Source of the DNA: a virus
Lineage: Duplodnaviria; Heunggongvirae; Uroviricota; Caudoviricetes
Direction: 5' to 3' (one strand)
Virus record (IMG/VR): IMGVR_UViG_2541047726_000006
Span: 1 to 18,343 of that record
DNA: 18,343 nt
Shown piece after piece: positions 8,837 through 16,014 of the stretch. Numbering within the stretch: the stretch's first letter is position 1; the number at the start of each line of letters is the position of its first letter. The translations under genes and the position numbers were made by a program. Under the pieces are notes generated by a model. The model searched no databases. It had not been told where the DNA came from and was given only the letters and a program-made list of their open reading frames with translations.

Positions 8837-9799
8837 ATGAGCAGCAAGCTTCATGGTCTTGTCTGGGAAGGGTGCGCCTTCACCGGCATGATCTTATCCA
8901 GGGTGGCGGTTATGGCCCGTCTTGCAGACTACAGCAATGACGAGGGTGTGTCATGGCCTGCCATTGAAACTATCCGGCGTCAGATCGGTGCAAGAAGTGA
9001 ATCCACAGTGAAATCGGCTATTGCAGAACTGGCGAAAGAGGGCTGGCTGACGAAGGAAGAGCGTAAGGTCGGTGGGCGTAATGTAAGCAATATCTATCGG
9101 CTTAATGTGGAAAAACTCGAAGCAGCTGCGGCGGCGGCGCGTGAGTCATATAAACCGAAAAGAAAAATTAGCCCGGCAAAAAATGACCCGTTAACAGTTG
9201 ACCCGTCAAATATTGACCCCTCAACGGTTGACCCGTCAAATTTTGATGGATCAACTGTTGATAAAAAACTGCCGATTAGGGGGGCGATGATTGACCCCGA
9301 TCCGTCAGTATTAAAACCTGATCCGTCAGATAAAAGATCTTCTTGTCCGGACGCTTCGCAACCGGACCCGCAGACGGCTGAACAGGATTTTTTAACCCGA
9401 CACCCTGACGCGGTTGTGTTCAGTGCGAAAAAACGCCAGTGGGGAAGTCAGGAAGATTTGGTGTGCGCACAGTGGATCTGGGGACGAATCGTGAGTCTTT
9501 ACGAGCAGGCGGCCAGCTATGATGGCGAGATCACTAGACCGAAAGAACCCAACTGGACAGCATGGGCCAATGACGTTCGCACAATGCGGATGCTGGATGG
9601 CAGAACTCACAGACAAATTTGTGAAATGTTTGGGCGTCTCCAGCGGGATTCGTTCTGGGTAAAAAACATCATGAGTCCGGCAAAACTCCGGGAAAAATGG
9701 GATGAACTGGTTATCCGCCTGGGGCGTTCGCCTGCGCAGCGTTGCGTGAATCACATTTCTGAACCGGACACTGAAATACCGCCGGGATTCAGGGGGTGA
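8837..9799 (+). CDS. Replication initiator, O-like, with an N-terminal winged helix and a DnaT-like C-terminal region
   Basis: ATG at 8837 (the track ORF begins at an upstream GTG at 8822). The central peptide repeats DPLTV-DPSNI-DPSTV-DPSNF-DGSTV are encoded by DNA iterons. It precedes the DnaC-like gene. Confidence 0.75.
   Translation: MSSKLHGLVWEGCAFTGMILSRVAVMARLADYSNDEGVSWPAIETIRRQIGARSESTVKSAIAELAKEGWLTKEERKVGGRNVSNIYRLNVEKLEAAAAAARESYKPKRKISPAKNDPLTVDPSNIDPSTVDPSNFDGSTVDKKLPIRGAMIDPDPSVLKPDPSDKRSSCPDASQPDPQTAEQDFLTRHPDAVVFSAKKRQWGSQEDLVCAQWIWGRIVSLYEQAASYDGEITRPKEPNWTAWANDVRTMRMLDGRTHRQICEMFGRLQRDSFWVKNIMSPAKLREKWDELVIRLGRSPAQRCVNHISEPDTEIPPGFRG
9184..9258 (+). repeat. Five tandem 15-bp iterons (TGACCCGTCAAAT-like), putative phage origin inside the O-like gene
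   Basis: TGACCCGTTAACAGT, TGACCCGTCAAATAT, TGACCCCTCAACGGT, TGACCCGTCAAATTT, TGATGGATCAACTGT, followed by the A-rich TGATAAAAAACTG. This is analogous to lambda ori lying within gene O. Confidence 0.55.
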
Positions 9800-9805
9800 C
9801 GTGTC

Positions 9806-10552
9806 ATGAAAAACATTGCGGCAGTTGGGGTTCTTGAACGTATTCGCAGACTTGCACCACAGGGGGCGGTTCCACCGTACCGGACGGTGGAGGAGTGGCG
9901 GGAATGGCAACTTGCTGAAGGACGAAAACGCAGCGAGGAGATTAACCGCCAGAATCGCCAGTTGCGGGTGGAAAAAATCCTGAATCGTTCGGGCATCCAG
10001 CCTCTGCACAGCAAATGCTCGTTTGCAAATTATCAGGTGCAGAACGACGGGCAAAAATACGCGCTGAGCCAGGCCAAATCCATAGCTGACGAACTGATGA
10101 CCGGGTGCACGAATTTTGTGTTCAGCGGTAAAACCGGCACCGGGAAAAATCACCTTGCAGCGGCGATGGGCAACCGGCTGATGGTGAAGGGGCGCAGCGT
10201 GATTATCGTCACCGTGTCTGACGTCATGAGCGTGTTGCATGACAGCTACGACAACGGCAAATCCGGGGAAAAATTTTTACAGGAGCTTTGCGGGGTTGAT
10301 TTGCTGGTCCTGGATGAAATAGGCGTTCAGCGGGAGACGAAAAACGAGCAGGTGGTATTGCACCAGATAATTGATCGCCGGACAGCATCACTGTGCAGTG
10401 TCGGGATGTTAACAAACCTGAATCATGCCGCAATGAGTACGCTTCTTGGTGAGAGGATTATGGACCGCATGACCATGAACGGTGGTCGATGGGTGACGTT
10501 TAACTGGGATAGCTGGCGTCCAAATGTCAGCAATATGAGGGTTGTGAAGTAA
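9806..10552 (+). CDS. DnaC-like helicase loader (IstB-type AAA+ ATPase)
   Basis: 248-aa ORF with an AGGGGG Shine-Dalgarno. Walker A FSGKTGTGKNHLAAA and Walker B LLVLDEIG. Sits in the YdaV/DnaC position after the O-like gene. Confidence 0.9.
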   Translation: MKNIAAVGVLERIRRLAPQGAVPPYRTVEEWREWQLAEGRKRSEEINRQNRQLRVEKILNRSGIQPLHSKCSFANYQVQNDGQKYALSQAKSIADELMTGCTNFVFSGKTGTGKNHLAAAMGNRLMVKGRSVIIVTVSDVMSVLHDSYDNGKSGEKFLQELCGVDLLVLDEIGVQRETKNEQVVLHQIIDRRTASLCSVGMLTNLNHAAMSTLLGERIMDRMTMNGGRWVTFNWDSWRPNVSNMRVVK

Positions 10553-10573
10553 TTTTGTCCGGAGGAAATTTTA

Positions 10574-11344
10574 ATGGAAACCGTATCTGACGCACTGAAA
10601 GCACTGAAAAAAGCCTCTTCACATGTGGTGGCAGCTCGCCTTGGAATCAGTCGTGAAGAGGCTGTCAACGAGCTGTGGGAACTCAAAAGAAAAGGCGTCG
10701 TTGATAAAACTGGTCACACCTGGTTTCTGGCTGGCGAAGGTGAATCCCGGGTAACCGAAGAGCGGCCAGTAAAATCTGAAGCACAGGATATGCTGACCGG
10801 GGAGGTCGAACAAAAAGTTACCGCAGACATGATGATTGAGTTTATCGGTCAGGATGGGGCTAAAACGTGTGAGGAACTGGCGGGTAAGTTCGGTGTCAGT
10901 ACTCGCAAGGTTGCTTCCACGCTGGCGGTGGTAACCGCAACGGGGCGGCTGGCACGCGTTAATCAGAACGGTAAATTTCGTTACTGCATGCCGGGCGATA
11001 ATTTACCAGCAGAGCCGAAAGCCGCGCTGGTAACGGAAAGTGATGGTAAGGCCTTTCCTCAGCCAGCAGGTGCTGCGTTACCAGTCCGGGAAGCCGCAAC
11101 ACAGGAAGAAATTAAAACAGAAACTGTGGCGGACATTGTGCAGCCGTTGCCATCGTTTACCGAAACGCAAGCAGATGAGCTGATTTTTCCGTCCCTTCGC
11201 AGGGCAAACCTGGCGCTGCGCAGGGCGAAAAGTGATGTTCAGAAGTGGGAGCGAGTCTGCGCCGCGCTGCGGGAGCTGAACAAGCACCGGGATATTGTTC
11301 GACAGATTACTGATTCTTCCCGCCGTGTTGTATCGGAAAAGTGA
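10574..11344 (+). CDS. Hypothetical protein with two tandem winged-helix-like repeats
   Basis: 256-aa ORF with GGAGGA 8 nt upstream. Internal repeat: VVAARLGISREEAVNELWELKRKGVVDKTGHTWFLAGEG versus TCEELAGKFGVSTRKVASTLAVVTATGRLARVNQNGKFRYCMPGD. Confidence 0.7.
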   Translation: METVSDALKALKKASSHVVAARLGISREEAVNELWELKRKGVVDKTGHTWFLAGEGESRVTEERPVKSEAQDMLTGEVEQKVTADMMIEFIGQDGAKTCEELAGKFGVSTRKVASTLAVVTATGRLARVNQNGKFRYCMPGDNLPAEPKAALVTESDGKAFPQPAGAALPVREAATQEEIKTETVADIVQPLPSFTETQADELIFPSLRRANLALRRAKSDVQKWERVCAALRELNKHRDIVRQITDSSRRVVSEK

Positions 11345-11359
11345 TTGCCGGAGGCGCTT

Positions 11360-11752
11360 ATGGCAAAAGTATTTACACCAGAAGAGCGGGAAGAAGTGAA
11401 GGCGCGCATTGTGGAATTCGTGCGCCTGAGCGGACGAGAAACTTTTCGACAACTGGCAGATAAAACGGGTGTCAGTAAGACCGCTATTCGTCGTTTATCT
11501 GGTGCGCTTGCGGCCAGTGGTGATGTCTGGCTCTCTGGTTGCGGGGTATTTCCATCAGAGCAGGTGTATCGCGTATGGCGTAAGACACCGGAGAAGGCTG
11601 CTGACCCGACACTGATTCGAAAGTTACCTGACGGAGAAATACGTCGTTACAACAGACGGCAGAACATAATTTGTCGTGAGTGCCGCCAGAGCGAAGTTAT
11701 GCAGCGTGTGCTGGCGTTCTATCGGGGAAACTTTCAGGAGGTGATGGAGTGA
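11360..11752 (+). CDS. Hypothetical protein with a winged-helix-like segment related to the upstream gene
   Basis: 130-aa product from the ATG at 11360 with a GGAGG Shine-Dalgarno. The segment ETFRQLADKTGVSKTAIRRLSGALAASGDVWLSGCG resembles the repeats of the preceding protein. Confidence 0.6.
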   Translation: MAKVFTPEEREEVKARIVEFVRLSGRETFRQLADKTGVSKTAIRRLSGALAASGDVWLSGCGVFPSEQVYRVWRKTPEKAADPTLIRKLPDGEIRRYNRRQNIICRECRQSEVMQRVLAFYRGNFQEVME

Positions 11753-12045
11753 GGGTCAGAGTTTATATTGCCGGTCCAATGACGGGATATGAAAATTTCA
11801 ACCGTGAGGCGTTTCACAAGGCGGAAGAGGAACTGAAACGGGAAGGGCATACCGTCTTAAACCCGGCAGTACTTCCGGACGGGCTGACACAGCCGCACTA
11901 CATGGATATTTGCATGGCAATGATTCGTTGTGTGGATGCGATTTACATGCTGAATGGCTGGCAGCGGTCAGCGGGCGCTAAGGCAGAGCTGGCACTGGCG
12001 GAGAAACTGGGGCATGCAGTGATTTATCAGGAGGTGGCTCAATGA
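11749..12045 (+). CDS. DUF4406-like protein (nucleoside 2-deoxyribosyltransferase-like fold)
   Basis: GTG start at 11749 with AGGAGG at 11735-11740. The product VRVYIAGPMTGYENFNREAFHKAEEELKREGHTVLNPA...DAIYMLNGWQRSAGAKAELALAEKLGHAVIY fits the DUF4406 pattern as I recall it. Confidence 0.65.
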   Translation: MRVRVYIAGPMTGYENFNREAFHKAEEELKREGHTVLNPAVLPDGLTQPHYMDICMAMIRCVDAIYMLNGWQRSAGAKAELALAEKLGHAVIYQEVAQ

Positions 12046-12503
12046 GAGAGGTTAACTATGAGGCGCTTCGTGAGGCAGCACAAAACTATCAGTCGACGCT
12101 GGCGTGGTATCAGGCTATCCCGGACAGCCCAAATGCTGAACGGGATTGTGATGCGGCTCTTGCTGCGTTTAAGCGTCACATCCGTCATCGGGAAGCGGAT
12201 ATTATCGCTGATTTGCTGGATGGACTGGAAGAAGCAAAATCACAACTCAAAGAGCAGCGTGAGTATTACGAAGGCGTTATCTCTGATGGGAGCAAGCGTA
12301 TTGCTGAACTGGAAGCGCGGGAAGTTCAATTACCGACTCGCTACGACCTTCGATATGGACACCCGATAAATGCAGATGAGCGACATGTCATGATACCTAA
12401 AGAAAATGGCAGTTGGCTTTACCTGATTGACCTAGAACACGCATTACGCGTCTCTGGCATTCGCATCAAAGGAGAGGAGCATGGAAATAAAACCAGAGGA
12501 TGA
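12042..12503 (+). CDS. Hypothetical protein
   Basis: 153-aa ORF with a CAGGAGGTGG Shine-Dalgarno. No family recognised. Confidence 0.6.
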   Translation: MREVNYEALREAAQNYQSTLAWYQAIPDSPNAERDCDAALAAFKRHIRHREADIIADLLDGLEEAKSQLKEQREYYEGVISDGSKRIAELEAREVQLPTRYDLRYGHPINADERHVMIPKENGSWLYLIDLEHALRVSGIRIKGEEHGNKTRG

Positions 12504-12837
12504 GTTAAGCAATATCGTTTTATTTCCGGTAAAAGAGGATGACCCTCGTAATCAGGTTAATTTTCTTTATGAGCCATCGGAAAGACCATATTGTCATCAC
12601 GCCTCTGTCCGGGTTGACGAAAAAGAGCGTCAGGTCCGCTGTAAAATCTGCGGTGCAGTTGTGGAGCCATTTGACTGGATGCTCTCTGTGGCGAAAAGAG
12701 AAACCAGACTGGCAGATGATGTAAGGCACTTGCGCCAGGAGGAGCGGGAAAGGCGAAAAAATATAGAAAAGCTAATTCAGATTGAGCGTAACGCGAAAGC
12801 GCGGATACGCAGGGCGACAAAATCCAGAACTGAATAA
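12481..12837 (+). CDS. Hypothetical protein with a putative zinc ribbon (CHH...CxxC) and a basic coiled-coil tail
   Basis: 118-aa ORF with an AGGAGAGGAG Shine-Dalgarno. Motif YCHHASVRVDEKERQVRCKICGAV, then an Arg/Lys/Glu-rich C-terminus. Confidence 0.6.
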   Translation: MEIKPEDELSNIVLFPVKEDDPRNQVNFLYEPSERPYCHHASVRVDEKERQVRCKICGAVVEPFDWMLSVAKRETRLADDVRHLRQEERERRKNIEKLIQIERNAKARIRRATKSRTE

Positions 12838-12901
12838 TTAAATTTAGCTCTGTTAAAAATTTAATCCTTAACCGGAGGGATTTCTGCACCCTCAGAACAT
12901 C

Positions 12902-12930
12902 AGGAGGCCGCCCGAAAGGGCGGTAGTTAA
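12902..12930 (+). promoter_or_regulatory. Split ribosome-binding site: AGGAGG separated from the ATG by a GC stem with a GAAA tetraloop
   Basis: AGGAGG at 12902-12907, hairpin CCGCCC-GAAA-GGGCGG at 12908-12923, then AGTTAA and the ATG at 12931. Linear spacing is 23 nt; with the hairpin formed the effective spacing is about 6-7 nt. Confidence 0.4.
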
Positions 12931-13113
12931 ATGCGAAAGTTTAAAATAATTATTGAAACGGGAATAGCCGGTGGAGATTTCGAGGATGAATTCGAAGTGG
13001 ATGATGATGCGATGCCTGATGAAATACATGACGAAGCAAAAGATATTTTCTTTAACTACTGCAATTACTCATATCACGAAATAAAAGACGAAGAGGAAGA
13101 GCAAAATGGCTGA
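12931..13113 (+). CDS. Small highly acidic protein (60 aa, about 20 Asp/Glu)
   Basis: MRKFKIIIETGIAGGDFEDEFEVDDDAMPDEIHDEAKDIFFNYCNYSYHEIKDEEEEQNG. AT-rich coding sequence. Its stop overlaps the next start. Confidence 0.5.
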   Translation: MRKFKIIIETGIAGGDFEDEFEVDDDAMPDEIHDEAKDIFFNYCNYSYHEIKDEEEEQNG

Positions 13114-13282
13114 TTTTGGTTCAACTAAATACAACGTCAGTTTTGAAGCATGGCATGAACTGTTAATGGACTATGCAGAGTTACGTGGTGGCAGTGCTGC
13201 TGATGCTGAAGCATGGCGTGATGATTATGAAGCAGGAAAAACTCCGGTCGAAGCATATTGTGATGAGTGGGGCGATGAATGA
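13106..13282 (+). CDS. Small acidic protein (58 aa), absent from the ORF track because it is under 60 aa
   Basis: ATG at 13106 preceded by GAGGAAG. Product MADFGSTKYNVSFEAWHELLMDYAELRGGSAADAEAWRDDYEAGKTPVEAYCDEWGDE. Start overlaps the previous stop and stop overlaps the next start (ATGA). Confidence 0.45.
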   Translation: MADFGSTKYNVSFEAWHELLMDYAELRGGSAADAEAWRDDYEAGKTPVEAYCDEWGDE

Positions 13283-13794
13283 GCGAGATTAATTATCAGG
13301 AAGGGCATGAAACGGCAGGGCAGGCAAAACCAGTTGCATGGCGATATCGCTACGTGAAAAAAGACGTTACAGACTTTCAGGGGAAGCCGTGGGCTGGTGA
13401 CTGGAAATATGTACCGACAAAAGAGGATTGTAACGACAGGCCGAACTATGAAATTCAGGCCTTATTCATCGGCCCGCCAGTCCCGGTGACATCAGAAGGA
13501 CTGGTTAAAGCCGTGCGCTTTTATGAACAGGTAAAGCGTGAGAATCCGCCAGTCGAAACAGGAGCATGGAAGGATGCTGTTGACTGGGTGCTCAGAGAGG
13601 CCTGCTGCGCTGCCATTCTGGGTAAAGCCGACAATCCACCAGCATCCGGCAATCAGGTTAGCGAATTAACAATGTGGGTTAAACGACTGGTCAGTCAACT
13701 GAAAAAAGCTCAGCCGGACTGTAAATTACCGGAGAAGGCGATGGATTACCTGAAACGAAATGGACTGATAAGCGTGGAGGATGTTTTACGATGA
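13279..13794 (+). CDS. Hypothetical protein
   Basis: 171-aa ORF translationally coupled to the two acidic ORFs. No family recognised. Confidence 0.6.
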   Translation: MSEINYQEGHETAGQAKPVAWRYRYVKKDVTDFQGKPWAGDWKYVPTKEDCNDRPNYEIQALFIGPPVPVTSEGLVKAVRFYEQVKRENPPVETGAWKDAVDWVLREACCAAILGKADNPPASGNQVSELTMWVKRLVSQLKKAQPDCKLPEKAMDYLKRNGLISVEDVLR

Positions 13795-13838
13795 ATATTT
13801 AGACTAAAGAGTTTGTAACGCTATGTAAGTGATTTTTT

Positions 13839-13870
13839 CTGGTTTAGATATTTATATGTCCGGCCAAATT
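13839..13870 (+). repeat. Imperfect direct repeat, copy 1 (GGTTTAG-ATATTTA-TGTCCGG-CAAA)
   Basis: CTGGTTTAGATATTTATATGTCCGGCCAAATT resembles TTGGTTTAGTTGGATATTTACTGTGCCGGACAAAAA at 14110-14145. The two copies bracket the small membrane-protein ORF. Confidence 0.45.
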
Positions 13871-13914
13871 GAGGTGTGTTTAAATGTTATTGCACATTGA
13901 TTGTAGGGGGAATA

Positions 13915-14094
13915 ATGAAAAACGCATTGCAGTTTTTGTTTGTTGCGTTCTGGTTGTTCGCATCATGTATGCCCATCATCTTCACAGCAAGGTATATGGA
14001 AAAAATTGATGTTTTGATATTAATGTTTGGACATATAAATGCCCTTTTTTTAGGGGTGTTCATGGCGGTCATGTGCATTGAATACTGGCGGTAA
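13915..14094 (+). CDS. Small hydrophobic protein (59 aa, two predicted transmembrane segments)
   Basis: ATG at 13915 with an AGGGGG Shine-Dalgarno. Product MKNALQFLFVAFWLFASCMPIIFTARYMEKIDVLILMFGHINALFLGVFMAVMCIEYWR. Lies in a very AT-rich segment. Confidence 0.45.
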   Translation: MKNALQFLFVAFWLFASCMPIIFTARYMEKIDVLILMFGHINALFLGVFMAVMCIEYWR

Positions 14095-14109
14095 ATACAG
14101 CGAACGCCA

Positions 14110-14145
14110 TTGGTTTAGTTGGATATTTACTGTGCCGGACAAAAA
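14110..14145 (+). repeat. Imperfect direct repeat, copy 2
   Basis: See copy 1 at 13839-13870. This copy sits just upstream of the putative hok promoter (TTGCGG-N16-TAGAAT, about 14150-14177). Confidence 0.45.
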
Positions 14146-14237
14146 CGGTTTGCGGGGAAATCTTAGTTAAGTAGAATAACTGCGGGTGCTTGAGGCTATC
14201 TGTCTCAGGCATGAACACCAAAAGGCAGATAGAGAAA

Positions 14238-14302
14238 AGCCCCAGTTAACATTACGCGTCCTGCAAGACGCTTAACATTAATCTGAGGCCATATCTATGC
14301 GA
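14238..14302 (-). ncRNA. sok: Putative Sok-like antisense RNA, position inferred only
   Basis: By analogy with plasmid R1 hok/sok, the antisense RNA should cover the mok leader and start region. A candidate minus-strand -35 TTGACC is the complement of 14334-14339. Ends are not determined. Confidence 0.25.
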
Positions 14303-14356
14303 CACATAGAGATTAGCCTCTTACGGACCGAAAGGTCAAGGAGAAGCAGGCTATGA
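14297..14356 (+). CDS. mok: Short mok-like leader ORF (19 codons) ending in overlap with the hok start
   Basis: ATG at 14297 preceded by GAGG; encodes MRHIEISLLRTERSRRSRL and stops at TGA 14354-14356, overlapping the hok ATG at 14353 (ATGA). Confidence 0.3.
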   Translation: MRHIEISLLRTERSRRSRL

Positions 14357-14508
14357 AGCAGCAAAAGGCGATGTTAATCGCCCTGATCGTCATCTGTTTA
14401 ACCGTCATAGTGACGGCACTGGTAACGAGGAAAGACCTCTGCGAGGTACGAATCCGAACCGGCCAGACGGAGGTCGCTGTCTTCACAGCTTACGAACCTG
14501 AGGAGTAA
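14353..14508 (+). CDS. hok: Hok-family type I toxin (51 aa), absent from the ORF track because it is under 60 aa
   Basis: MKQQKAMLIALIVICLTVIVTALVTRKDLCEVRIRTGQTEVAVFTAYEPEE matches the Hok/HokD (RelF) family as I recall it. The upstream leader has complementary CUAUCUG/CAGAUAG elements. Confidence 0.9.
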   Translation: MKQQKAMLIALIVICLTVIVTALVTRKDLCEVRIRTGQTEVAVFTAYEPEE

Positions 14509-14578
14509 GAGACCCGGCGAGGGAGAAATCCCTCGCCACCTCTGATGTGGCAGGCATTCTCAACGCACCCGCACTTAA

Positions 14579-14603
14579 CCCGCTTCGGCGGGTTTTGTTT
14601 TTT
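14579..14603 (+). terminator. Rho-independent terminator of the hok transcript
   Basis: CCCGC-TTCG-GCGGG stem-loop followed by TTTTGTTTTTT. An additional perfect 8-bp stem GGCGAGGG/CCCTCGCC lies at 14516-14537. Confidence 0.7.
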
Positions 14604-14675
14604 CCTGGCATTCTGGTTTACAATTCGCACGCCAGCCTGAACAACTGGCACCTGCTGCGCCAGCAGAGACAACCG

Positions 14676-14954
14676 ATGGCGCACGATACCAAATTACACA
14701 ATTCTGATAATTCAGCCGTCTTTGCCAGCAGGCGCGGACGGTGTTTTCACGCATTCAAATCTGACTGGTTCCAGCATCCCCCATGCACTGAAGAACAGGC
14801 CGAGTGGCTAATTCAGTGCTACCGCAGACACGGATACGAGATTAAGAAAGCCCTCAGCCTCGATTATCGTCACTGGATAATCTCCGTCAGGCTTCCTTAC
14901 TCCGAACGACCACCGCGTCCGTCCCGCACATTCCAGCAACGCATCTGGAGGTAA
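14676..14954 (+). CDS. Hypothetical protein (92 aa) between hok and the DUF968 gene
   Basis: ATG at 14676 inside a longer GTG-initiated track ORF. Same position as rem in the Qin prophage. No family recognised with confidence. Confidence 0.5.
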   Translation: MAHDTKLHNSDNSAVFASRRGRCFHAFKSDWFQHPPCTEEQAEWLIQCYRRHGYEIKKALSLDYRHWIISVRLPYSERPPRPSRTFQQRIWR

Positions 14955-14955
14955 C

Positions 14956-16002
14956 GTGCGGGTATTACTTCGACCTGTTCTGGTACCGGAACTCGGGCTG
15001 GTGATCGTTAAGCCGGGCCGTGAATCCATGCCGGTATTCCACAATACCCGGGTACTGGTGGAGCCGGAACCGAAAAGCATGCGTAATCTGCCGTCCGGGG
15101 TCGTTCCTGCCGTTCGCCAGCCGCTGGCGGAGGATAAATCATTACTGCCATTTTTCAGCGACGAACGAGTGATTCGTGCTGCTGGTGGCGCTGGCGCATT
15201 GTCTGACTGGTTACTGCGCCATGTTAAATCCTGCCAGTGGCCACACGGCGATTATCACCACAGTGAAACCGTCATTCACCGTTATGGTACCGGCGCAATG
15301 GTGTTGTGCTGGCACTGCGACAACCAGCTGCGCGACCAGACCTCCGAATCACTCGGGCAACTTGCTCACCAAAACCTGTCTGCATGGATGATTGACGTCA
15401 TACGCCATGCAATGAATGGCTCGCAGGAACGGGAATTATCGCTGGCTGAATTATCCTGGTGGGCGGTCCGCAATCAGGTGGCGGACGCGCTACCGGAAGC
15501 GGTATTACGTCGTTCGCTGGGGTTGCGTGCGGAAAAAATCCGCTCAATGTACCGTGAAAGCGACATCGTACCGGGAGAGCAGACCGCCACCAGCATACTG
15601 AAGCAGCGCACAAAAAATCTTGCGCCGCTGCCTCACGCCCACCAGCAAAACCCGCCACAGGAAGAGACGGTGGTCAGCATTGCCGTTGATCCTGAGTCTC
15701 CGGAATCTTTCATGAAACGACCTAAACGTCGCCGCTGGGTTAACGAGAAATACACACGCTGGGTGAAGACACAGCCGTGTGCGTGTTGTGGTAAGCCAGC
15801 CGACGATCCCCATCACCTGATTGGTCATGGTCAGGGCGGAATGGGGACAAAATCTCACGATATTTTCACGCTACCGCTGTGTCGGGAGCATCACAACGAG
15901 CTTCATGCGGATCCTCTGGCGTTCGAAGAAAAGCATGGTTCTCAGGTTGATTTAATTTTTCGTTTTCTTGATCACGCCTTTGCAACTGGCGTGCTTGGGT
16001 AA
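14956..16002 (+). CDS. YdfU-like DUF968 protein with a C-terminal Cys/His-rich motif
   Basis: 348-aa ORF with a GTG start and a GGAGG Shine-Dalgarno. C-terminal motif CACCGKPADDPHHLIGHGQGGMGTKSHDIFTLPLCREHHNELH. Size and position match Qin YdfU. Confidence 0.75.
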   Translation: MRVLLRPVLVPELGLVIVKPGRESMPVFHNTRVLVEPEPKSMRNLPSGVVPAVRQPLAEDKSLLPFFSDERVIRAAGGAGALSDWLLRHVKSCQWPHGDYHHSETVIHRYGTGAMVLCWHCDNQLRDQTSESLGQLAHQNLSAWMIDVIRHAMNGSQERELSLAELSWWAVRNQVADALPEAVLRRSLGLRAEKIRSMYRESDIVPGEQTATSILKQRTKNLAPLPHAHQQNPPQEETVVSIAVDPESPESFMKRPKRRRWVNEKYTRWVKTQPCACCGKPADDPHHLIGHGQGGMGTKSHDIFTLPLCREHHNELHADPLAFEEKHGSQVDLIFRFLDHAFATGVLG

Positions 16003-16014
16003 AAGAGGTGACTG

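Noticed and set aside
9392-10240. 282-aa minus-strand ORF antisense to the O-like and DnaC-like genes
   Set aside because: It lies entirely antisense to two well-supported, Shine-Dalgarno-initiated genes with recognisable motifs, and has no ribosome-binding site or recognisable domain. A typical GC-rich antisense open frame.
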